Below the pieces are notes generated by a model. It was not told the DNA's origin. It saw only the letters and a program-made list of their open reading frames with translations, and did not search any database. This document shows, one piece after another, positions 17,920-24,835 of a DNA stretch of 36,736 nucleotides. The stretch is taken from contig CACXEY010000163.1 of assembly GCA_902766695.1 (NCBI GenBank), positions 1-36,736 of the forward strand, in the 5' to 3' direction. The translations under genes were made by a program, and so were the position numbers. How positions within the stretch are numbered: the first letter of the stretch is position 1; every line of letters begins with the position of its first letter. The DNA comes from an uncultured bacterium (lineage in GTDB: Bacteria > Verrucomicrobiota > Kiritimatiellia > CAIQIC01 > Lenti-01).

Positions 17920-18757
17920 GGGGGGGCCTCCTTTCGGATTTGCGGCGCAGGAGATGGTCGGACAAAAAGCGCATGACGGGCAGGGGGACCAGGAAGAGGG
18001 TCATTTGGCCCGCCGCGACGACGGCGAGGTCCCAGAGGGAGCAGTAGCCGCGGCGGAAATGGTCCCACTCGACCTGGACGTAGCCCCAGCAGTTGACCCA
18101 GGTCTTGCGACGCTTGTAGTTGTCCGGGCTGGAACGGTAGAGGAGAAGGGATTCCGGGAGATTGAGGGCGAGGCACCCCATGTTCAGCATGCGGGCGAAG
18201 AGGGACAGGTCCTCTTTCCGCGGGGAGGGGCCGTAGCCGCCGCAGCGGATGACCTCGCTCTTCCGGTACATGACGGTGGGATGGTTGAAGGGGCTGCGGC
18301 GGCGCATGAACTTGCGGATGCCCGCGTAGTCGGAGGGGACCACCCGGGAGGAGACGACATGGGAGGGGTCGTCGTAGAACTCGTCGATGTTCGCGCCGGC
18401 GATGGCCAGTCCGGGGTTGTCGGCGAAGAGCTTCAGGAGTTTTTCGCAGCGCCGGGGCAGCGAGATGTCGTCCGCGTCCATGCGGGCCACGAGGTCGTGG
18501 CGGCAATGTTGCAGTCCGGCGTCCAGGGCCAAGCCCAGGCTCACGTTCTCGGGCAGCTCCACGACGGTGAAAAGGCCGGGGCGCGATTGGACGAAGGAGT
18601 CGATGACGGCGGCCAACTCGTCGCCGACGGGGCCGTCGCGGACAAGGACGAACTGGTCGCAGGGGACGGTCTGGGCGAGCATGCTTTCGATGCTCTGGCG
18701 CAGGGGGCCGGGGGCGTCCCGGTGGTACATGGACATCAGAACGGAGTAGGGTTCCAT
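17912..18757 (-). CDS. Glycosyltransferase family 2 (GT-A)
   Basis: Trimmed from ORF 17912..19516 to ATG 18757 (MEPYSVLMSMYHRD). VLVRDGPV and MDADDISLP (DxD) motifs. A C-terminal hydrophobic segment is present. Confidence 0.85.
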   Translation of the reverse strand: MEPYSVLMSMYHRDAPGPLRQSIESMLAQTVPCDQFVLVRDGPVGDELAAVIDSFVQSRPGLFTVVELPENVSLGLALDAGLQHCRHDLVARMDADDISLPRRCEKLLKLFADNPGLAIAGANIDEFYDDPSHVVSSRVVPSDYAGIRKFMRRRSPFNHPTVMYRKSEVIRCGGYGPSPRKEDLSLFARMLNMGCLALNLPESLLLYRSSPDNYKRRKTWVNCWGYVQVEWDHFRRGYCSLWDLAVVAAGQMTLFLVPLPVMRFLSDHLLRRKSERRPPRA

Positions 18758-18759
18758 CG

Positions 18760-19632
18760 TCACGACTCCGTTTCCGCGATGCTTTGTTCGAGGGAAAAGA
18801 GGCGGTAATCCCGGGGGTGGTCGCCGAGGCCGGGGGCGTAGGCGAGGTTGCCGAAGGCCTTGTCCACGTAGGGGGAGAAGCGGGAGAGGAGCTTGAGGAG
18901 GGGGGAGAAGCCGGGGACGAGCGGGAGGTTTTTGCCGCGGGCGCGGGCGATGAGGCGCACGAGTTCGGAGGTGTTGGAGAGTTCGGCGTTGCAGGGCCAG
19001 AAGGTGCCGGAGGCCGCGTCGTCGACGAGGAGGCGGACGAATTCGGCGAGGTTGCCGACGTAGAGCATGGAGCGGGCGTTGGCGACCTTGGGGAAAAAGG
19101 GGAGCTTCGCGGCCATCTTTTCGAGGATGGGGAAGTTGCCCTTGGAGCCCTTGCCGTAAATCATGGGGCAACGGAGGATGGCGACCTTGAAGCTGTCGGA
19201 GGAGAGGGGGCGGAGTTTGAGTTCGGCCTGGAGCTTGCTGTCGCCGTAGAAGTTGGCGGGGGCGGGCGGGGTGTCGCGGGTGATGGTCTTGGATACGCCG
19301 ATGGGGGCGGAGTCGCCGTAGACGATGGCCGAGGACATGAAGATGAACTGTTTGACGCCCTCCGCCTTGGCCTTGGCGGCGGTTTCGGCCGGGAGCTCGG
19401 AATTGACCTTGTAGTAGAGGGCCTTGCGCTCTTCCGAGACATGGCCGACATCCGCGTGGGCGAGGCCGGCGACATGGAACACGGCGTCGTAGGGGGAGAA
19501 GTCCGCCGTCCGCCAATCGGGGGATTGCATGTCGATGGCGGAAACGGAATAGCGGTCAGGCCATTGGGCGAGGTGGGCCTGGATGGCGGACCCGACGAAG
19601 GAACCGGTGCCGGTGATCAGGAGGCGTTTCAC
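18760..19632 (-). CDS. NAD-dependent nucleotide-sugar epimerase/dehydratase (SDR, extended)
   Basis: LLITGTGSFVGS Rossmann motif and YGDSKLQAE (YxxxK). GTG start with GGGAGGA 6 nt upstream. The start overlaps the stop of the regulator gene (GTGA). Confidence 0.85.
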   Translation of the reverse strand: MKRLLITGTGSFVGSAIQAHLAQWPDRYSVSAIDMQSPDWRTADFSPYDAVFHVAGLAHADVGHVSEERKALYYKVNSELPAETAAKAKAEGVKQFIFMSSAIVYGDSAPIGVSKTITRDTPPAPANFYGDSKLQAELKLRPLSSDSFKVAILRCPMIYGKGSKGNFPILEKMAAKLPFFPKVANARSMLYVGNLAEFVRLLVDDAASGTFWPCNAELSNTSELVRLIARARGKNLPLVPGFSPLLKLLSRFSPYVDKAFGNLAYAPGLGDHPRDYRLFSLEQSIAETES

Positions 19633-21155
19633 GGGAAGTCCTCCCGTGTGTGTGGGGGGGCGGCGGAGTTCAAGTCGGCCGGATTGGAAGAAGAGGGGAC
19701 AAGGTGGTAGCCGCCGGTTTTGGGACTGCCATGGTGTTCGAGAAGTCCGGCGAGGTCGTTGACGGCCCGGGCAATGGTTTTGACATCAACCTCAAGTGCC
19801 TTGGCCAATTGACGACGGTTGATGCCTGGACATTGCCTGACGAGTTCAAGGACTTTGTCTTTTACAGGGACATTTACAGGGACATTTACAGAGACATTTA
19901 CAGGGACATTGGAAATTGTCCCATCATTTTTCGGGACACTGTTGTTTATTCCATCATTCGACGGGGAATCGACGACGAACCAATCGGAGGAGAGAGCGAG
20001 GGAGGTTTGGAACATATCTCCTTCCAGGAGAGTGGGTTCGGAACCGGCAAATGGGCGGGAATACTTGAAGAGCTTGCGGACGCCGGAACCGAGTTCGTCG
20101 GCGAAACCGATGGTTCGGAAGAAGGCGGCGATGACGGGATTTTTGGAGTCGGGTTCGAGGTTGGCGGGGGTGATGGGCCCTTGGCGGGCGGCACGACAGG
20201 GATTTTCCGTCCAGAGGCGACCGGGTTCGATGACGAAGCGGGAACGGCGGGAACTCGTGAACTCGCGGTGGATGAGAAGGTTGACGAGAAGTTCGCGGAC
20301 GACAATGTCGCGGACGCTGACGCGCCGGGCGTCGTCGTCGAGGAAGAACGGATCGGGGAGGTGCTTGGCGGCGAAGGCCATGAGGCGGTCGACGCTTTCG
20401 ACGAGGTTGGTCTGGACGAGGTCGCGGTCGTCGTAGCGGTCGAGCTGGACACGGCGGAAAAGGGCGTCCGTCCCGTAGGCGGGGCAGACGTCGAGGATGA
20501 GGTCGTCGGTGCCCAAAAGGAGGATGGCGGCGAGATTGAACCCCTTTTCGCCGGTGAGCTTGTCTTCCCCGAAAAGGCGGGAGCTGCGAAAGAGTTCTTC
20601 GTCGGACATGTCCGCCCACGGATGGTGGCCGCCCGCGAAGTTGGATGCGCGGGTGCGGATGCGGGGGAGGAGGTCGAGGCGGAGGTCGGAAGGTTTGACG
20701 TAAGGGTAAATCTTGCGCTCGGTGTAGATTTGCTGTTTGCGGATGGCGAGTACGGCGATTTCGGAGGAAGAGACGACCTTGACGTCGGCGTCGGCAAGGC
20801 GATCGTAGATGGTCCCCTTGAAGCGGTGGATGTCCGGGGTTTGGGGGACATGGAGATGGATGACGGTTTTCCCGTCGACGGACAGGATTTGGGGGTCAAG
20901 GTGGACGGCGGGGAGGAAGAGGTTGGGGTTTCCCAAGTTGTTGACGAGGTTGCGGACAAGGGAGGGGGCATGGGAGGGGGGGATGCCTTCGACGGAGCCG
21001 TTGTCGAGAACACCGAAATAGATGTCGCCGCCGAAGCGGTTGAGGAAGGCGCAGACGGTTTCGTAGGTGTCGGGGGGGATGCCGTTGCCGCAACGCTTGA
21101 ACTCGACGGCGACCGTTTCGCCGATGGAGAAGGTTTGCTGGAGGGCATGGGTCAT
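19629..21155 (-). CDS. AlbA_2 (Schlafen-type divergent AAA) + HATPase_c_4 + C-terminal winged-HTH putative transcriptional regulator ('RecG-like' family)
   Basis: Trimmed from ORF 19629..21371 to ATG 21155 (MTHALQQTF). N-terminal ETVAVEFKRC...FLNRFGGDIYFGV. Central ELLVNLLIHREF...ENP...KNPVIAAFFRTIGFADELGSGVRK. C-terminal VLELVRQCPGINRRQLAKALEVDVKTIARAV. Confidence 0.75.
   Translation of the reverse strand: MTHALQQTFSIGETVAVEFKRCGNGIPPDTYETVCAFLNRFGGDIYFGVLDNGSVEGIPPSHAPSLVRNLVNNLGNPNLFLPAVHLDPQILSVDGKTVIHLHVPQTPDIHRFKGTIYDRLADADVKVVSSSEIAVLAIRKQQIYTERKIYPYVKPSDLRLDLLPRIRTRASNFAGGHHPWADMSDEELFRSSRLFGEDKLTGEKGFNLAAILLLGTDDLILDVCPAYGTDALFRRVQLDRYDDRDLVQTNLVESVDRLMAFAAKHLPDPFFLDDDARRVSVRDIVVRELLVNLLIHREFTSSRRSRFVIEPGRLWTENPCRAARQGPITPANLEPDSKNPVIAAFFRTIGFADELGSGVRKLFKYSRPFAGSEPTLLEGDMFQTSLALSSDWFVVDSPSNDGINNSVPKNDGTISNVPVNVSVNVPVNVPVKDKVLELVRQCPGINRRQLAKALEVDVKTIARAVNDLAGLLEHHGSPKTGGYHLVPSSSNPADLNSAAPPHTREDFP
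19861..19908 (-). repeat. Four tandem 12-bp in-frame repeats (tttaca-g(g/a)gaca) encoding (NVPV/NVSV)x4
   Basis: Direct reading of 19861-19908 shows three identical units and one with a single substitution. The repeats lie in the linker just before the wHTH of the regulator. Confidence 0.9.
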
Positions 21156-21219
21156 GCGGCACTCCGACAAACGGTGGGAATGGGGGGGGCACTGAGCGAC
21201 GCCCTGTTTGCGGGGGCCT

Positions 21220-22083
21220 TCATTCGGTGTCCTCTTTTTTGCGGAGCGCGCCGGTGCCACCTTCGACGACGCCCTCTCCGCGGGCGACGGAGAAGACGGT
21301 GCCGAGGAAGCAGCGGCAGTCGAAGAAAAAGGCATGGAAGCCGCCGCGGGCGAGGTGGGCGGTGTAGTCACCGTCGAAGCGGGCCTTGACGGGGATTTCG
21401 AGTTCGTCCCGGCCGTTGATCTGGGCCCAGCCGGTGAGGCCGGGCTTGGGGGCGTTGGCGCCGTACTTGTCGCGTTCGGCGGTGAGGAGGTCCTGGTTCC
21501 AGAGGGCGGGACGGGGGCCGATGACGGACATGTTGCCGATGAAGATGTCCCAGATCTGCGGGAGTTCGTCGAGGGAATGGGCGCGGATGAAACGGCCGAT
21601 GCGGGTGATGTAGCGGCCGGGGTCGCCGAGCATGTGGGTGGGGACGTCGTGGGGGGTGTCCATCTTCATGGAACGGAACTTGTGGACGCGGAAGAAGCGT
21701 TTGTCCTTGCCTACGCGCTTCTGGGAAAAGAGGACGGGGCCGGGGTCTTCCAGAACGATGGCGAGGGAGATGGCGAGAAGGACGGGGGAGAGCAAGACAA
21801 GGCCGAAGAAAGAGAGGATGAGGTCGAGGGCGCGCTTGACGAAGCGGGAGTAGAACGTTTCGTGGAGGATGGCGGGGCCGGTCGCCACGAGATGGCCGCG
21901 GGCCCCGTCGGCGTTGGGCGGATCGTCGGCCGATTCGACGAACACGACGGACTTGCCCTCGACGGGATTGCGGTCGGAAGGGGAGTCGGCGTAAATGGTA
22001 CCGGGACGGAGGATGACGGCCAGGAGGGCGAGAATCAGGAACAGCCCGGCAAGCGTGGCGGCAATGGCGAGCAAAACGGTCAT
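21220..22083 (-). CDS. Undecaprenyl-phosphate sugar-phosphate transferase (Bac_transf, PglC/WbaP-C-like priming enzyme)
   Basis: Trimmed from ORF 21220..22371 to ATG 22083 (MTVLLAIAA). KRALDLILSFFGLVLLSPVLL...PVLFSQKRVGKDKRFFRVHKFRSM...DELPQIWDIFIGNMSVIGPRP. Confidence 0.9.
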   Translation of the reverse strand: MTVLLAIAATLAGLFLILALLAVILRPGTIYADSPSDRNPVEGKSVVFVESADDPPNADGARGHLVATGPAILHETFYSRFVKRALDLILSFFGLVLLSPVLLAISLAIVLEDPGPVLFSQKRVGKDKRFFRVHKFRSMKMDTPHDVPTHMLGDPGRYITRIGRFIRAHSLDELPQIWDIFIGNMSVIGPRPALWNQDLLTAERDKYGANAPKPGLTGWAQINGRDELEIPVKARFDGDYTAHLARGGFHAFFFDCRCFLGTVFSVARGEGVVEGGTGALRKKEDTE

Positions 22084-22667
22084 TTTGTCCCTCCACCAGC
22101 GTTGATGGGGGAGTCGGGGCGGACGCAAGTTCCGGCGGGAACCTTGGTCAACGGCGAGACGGAGGCCCGTGCGGCGACAACGGCCCCGGCATCGACGTGG
22201 GCGCAGGGGCCGACGACGGCATCGTGGTCGATGACCGCGCCGGCGGAGATGATGGCACCTATGCCAACAACGGCGTTGGTATGGACGATGGCGCCGGGAA
22301 GCACGAGCGCCCCGGGACCAATTTGGGCGGAAGGGCTGACGAAAGCGTTGGGAGATACCAAAGGGGGGCAAGGAACCGCAAGGGTTTCGATGCGGGCAAA
22401 AAGGTCCTTCCGCATGGAAAGGTTTCCCACGCTGACGGTCATGGCGTCATACCGGGCGGCGACGGATGGAAGCCCGGAAAGGGTGCAAACGGCCCCGGGT
22501 GCGGCATCATCGGCGAAGTCCACGCGGGAATAGCCGCAGGCACGGGCCAGTTCGGCCACGACGCAACCATGGCCGCCCGCCCCAAGAATCAAGAGCGAAT
22601 GCGGATACCCAAACGTCCCCATCGTGCCGGCGGCGGGATATGATTGGATAGTGGCGGGAATGGACAT
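22080..22667 (-). CDS. NeuD/PglD-family sugar N/O-acetyltransferase (hexapeptide repeat)
   Basis: LLILGAGGHGCVVAELA Rossmann-like N-domain followed by left-handed beta-helix repeats (IGPGALVLPGAIVHTNAVVGIGAIISAGAVIDHDAVVG). An alternative ATG is at 22622. It is the first gene of the operon. Confidence 0.8.
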   Translation of the reverse strand: MSIPATIQSYPAAGTMGTFGYPHSLLILGAGGHGCVVAELARACGYSRVDFADDAAPGAVCTLSGLPSVAARYDAMTVSVGNLSMRKDLFARIETLAVPCPPLVSPNAFVSPSAQIGPGALVLPGAIVHTNAVVGIGAIISAGAVIDHDAVVGPCAHVDAGAVVAARASVSPLTKVPAGTCVRPDSPINAGGGTK

Positions 22668-23316
22668 CGGTCGGCTTTACCGGAGAGGAACGAAGGGGGA
22701 AAGGGATGCCGCGGCGACGAGGGTGGCTAGAGCGGTGCGCATGGAAGCTACCCCGGCGGAATGCGGGAGGATCGTTGCCGGGAGCCACCGGGCCGGAATC
22801 GCACGGAACAATGGCAAACCGGCCCCGCACATCTGCCGATGCGATACGATGGGGCGATTGGGGAACTTGGGAAACAGCGGGGTTTTCATTCTTTTCAATA
22901 CTATCAGCCCGCCATCACAAAAGAAAGGTAAAACGCCGCCAGCGAACCATGGGGGGCATCCATGCGGGGAGATGGAAGCTGGACAGGGAAGGGGACGGTT
23001 GGGGGGAATAGCGGTCTGGCGTCGGGGCGGAGGGGGCGAGCCTGCCACGCCCGCCGGAAGCCGGAACGTGCAATCGGAGATCGGTGGATTTGCGGATGCA
23101 AGGTGGAGGGGGCCAAGGGAAAACATGCGTCCGCACATCGCCGGCGCCTTCCTTCGGCAGGACTGGAGCCGGCGGGCAGGGACTGCCCGCCCTACCCACA
23201 CATTTCTTTGCCGACCAATGAAAAGTCCTACCGCGGGTGGGGGCGGGGAGGAAAAAAGGTTTCCTTCGGGACGGGGATTTGGTTGAGTAGGCGAAAAGAC
23301 CAAATGGAGATGGATC

Positions 23317-23499
23317 ATGCAGAAAAGAGTGTTGATCGGGTTGGTGGTGCTGGGGGCGATCGTGGTCGTCGCGCTGAACGCGACGACGGGCAGCGTGGGG
23401 TTCGATTTGTTCGGGCTGAAGTGGACGATGAAGACGGTGTACGCGCTGCTGGCTTCGGCGGTGGCGGGAATCGTCGTCGGCGTGATGGTGCGGGCATGA
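23317..23499 (+). CDS. Small (60-aa) two-TM membrane protein, LapA/DUF1049-like
   Basis: Two hydrophobic helices (LIGLVVLGAIVVVAL and VYALLASAVAGIVVGVMV). GGAG lies 7 nt upstream. The stop overlaps the next start (ATGA). Confidence 0.55.
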   Translation: MQKRVLIGLVVLGAIVVVALNATTGSVGFDLFGLKWTMKTVYALLASAVAGIVVGVMVRA

Positions 23500-24671
23500 A
23501 CGCGGCGGTCAAGGCGTTGCTGGAGCGGGGGGTGGTCATTCCGGCGCCGGAGGCGGTGGAAGTCGGGGAGGAGGTCCGGGCGGACCGGATCGCGCCGGGC
23601 GTGGTCCTCCACGCGGGGTGCAAGGTGTACGGGGCGGAGACGTCGATGGGGCCGGGCTGCGTGCTCGGCGAGGAGACGCCCGCGACGGTCGAAGACTGCC
23701 AGCTCGGCGAGAAGGTGCGCCTCAAGGGCGGCTACTTCGCCGGGGCCGTGTTCCTGGACGGGGCGGCGATGGGCAGCGGCGCGCACGTGCGGTCGGGAAC
23801 CCTTCTGGAGGAAGGCGCCGAAATGGCCCATACGGTGGGGCTCAAGCAGACGGTGTTCCTGCCGTTCGTGGTGGGCGGAAGCCTGATCAATTTCTGCGAC
23901 GCGCTGATGGCCGGCGGCACCGACCGCAAGAACCACAGCGAAATCGGCTCGTCGTTCATCCACTTCAACTACACGCCGCGCGGCGACAAGGCCACGGCGT
24001 CGCTGGTGGGGGACGTTCCGCGCGGGGTGATGCTCGACCAGCCGCCGGTGTTCCTCGGCGGCCAGGGCGGGATGGCGGGACCGGTGCGCGTGGAGTACGG
24101 GACGGTGCTGGCCGCCGGGAACGTGCTGCGGCGCGATGTCGCCGAGCCGGGGCTGCTCGTGGTGCCGAAGCCGCTGCCGGGCGGCGAAATCCCCTATTCG
24201 CGCCCATACCGTTCGGTCGCGCGCACGATGGAGCACGGCGCGGTCTACGTCGGGAACATCGCGGCGTTGCAGGCCTGGTACGCGGCCGTGCGCGCCCCGC
24301 TGATGGACCGCACGCCCTGGGGCGCGGCCTGCCGCGAGGGCGCCATGCGGCAGCTCGCCGCCGTCCGCAAGGAACGCGTCAAGCGCCTCGACGCGGTGGT
24401 CCAGGCCATCGCCAGGGAAGACCGCTCCGCGCTCGACGCGGGACTCGCCGCGGCGCACACGGCGCTCGTGGAGGACTGGCCCGCGGCCAAGGAGCGCCTG
24501 GCGGCGCTCGGCGACGTGGAGTGCGAGGAGCGGTCGGCGTTCCTGGCCGCGTGGGAAGCGATGCCGGAGGGGGTGTATCTCGACCGGGTCCACGCGCTCC
24601 CCGCGGAGGCGAAACGCGCCGGCACGGCCTGGCTGCAGCGGATCGTGGATGCCGCGGCGGAGGGATTCTGA
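23496..24671 (+). CDS. Hexapeptide-repeat (left-handed beta-helix) protein, GlmU-C-terminal-like, with a ~150-aa alpha-helical C-terminal extension
   Basis: Trimmed from ORF 22962..24671 to ATG 23496 (MNAAVKALLERG). Imperfect hexapeptide periodicity runs through about aa 20-250. The Ala/Arg-rich helical tail is not assignable. Confidence 0.55.
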   Translation: MNAAVKALLERGVVIPAPEAVEVGEEVRADRIAPGVVLHAGCKVYGAETSMGPGCVLGEETPATVEDCQLGEKVRLKGGYFAGAVFLDGAAMGSGAHVRSGTLLEEGAEMAHTVGLKQTVFLPFVVGGSLINFCDALMAGGTDRKNHSEIGSSFIHFNYTPRGDKATASLVGDVPRGVMLDQPPVFLGGQGGMAGPVRVEYGTVLAAGNVLRRDVAEPGLLVVPKPLPGGEIPYSRPYRSVARTMEHGAVYVGNIAALQAWYAAVRAPLMDRTPWGAACREGAMRQLAAVRKERVKRLDAVVQAIAREDRSALDAGLAAAHTALVEDWPAAKERLAALGDVECEERSAFLAAWEAMPEGVYLDRVHALPAEAKRAGTAWLQRIVDAAAEGF

Positions 24672-24727
24672 CGACGGAAGCCGGACTTGAAAACCCGGCC
24701 GTTTTGTGGTCGAATCCATCGTGCGTC

Positions 24728-24801
24728 GCCCCGGTAGCTCAGTTGGACAGAGCGGCGGTTTCCTAAACCGCAGGTCGCAGGTTCGAACCCTGTCCGGGGT
24801 A
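24728..24801 (+). tRNA. tRNA-Arg (anticodon CCT)
   Basis: Cloverleaf folded by hand. 7-bp acceptor stem (G1-U72 wobble), D arm GCTC/GAGC, anticodon stem GCGGT/ACCGC with loop TT-CCT-AA, 5-nt variable loop, T arm with GTTCGAA, discriminator A. No encoded CCA. Confidence 0.9.
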
Positions 24802-24835
24802 CGCCTTGTTTGACGGACAATCTGGAGGAACGGAG

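Noticed and set aside
19861-19908. CRISPR-like or minisatellite array
   Set aside because: The units are only 12 bp, contiguous with no spacers, in frame within a well-supported CDS, and no cas genes are present. It is treated as a coding tandem repeat.
19650-21389. 579-aa plus-strand ORF antisense to the AlbA_2 regulator. The same applies to the antisense ORFs 10041..11633, 5219..6709, 8451..9920, 26172..27782, 34611..36044, 17468..18808 and 21208..22533.
   Set aside because: All are Gly/Asp/Glu/Arg/Val-rich translations mirroring the codon bias of well-supported genes on the opposite strand. None has an SD-linked start or a recognisable domain.
23228-23235. ops/JUMPstart-like element (CGCGGTAG on the minus strand)
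   Set aside because: It matches only 7 of the 8 core ops bases. It lies about 560 nt from the first gene, and no transcription start or RfaH-like factor is known. An 8-mer near-match in GC-rich DNA is expected by chance, so it is kept only as a note inside the control-region finding.
22677-24719. 680-aa minus-strand ORF spanning the big intergenic region and the beta-helix gene
   Set aside because: Its translation is Arg/Pro/His-rich and low-complexity with no family motifs. It is antisense to a plus-strand gene with hexapeptide periodicity and a proper SD/ATGA coupling. Only its last 21 codons are mentioned, as a speculative uORF.
24672-24835. tRNA-Arg as an integration site for a genomic island
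   Set aside because: There is no integrase and no direct repeat of the tRNA 3' end within the window. The flanking genes have host-like GC. The low-GC glycan genes lie 2-20 kb away on the other side of conserved-looking genes.
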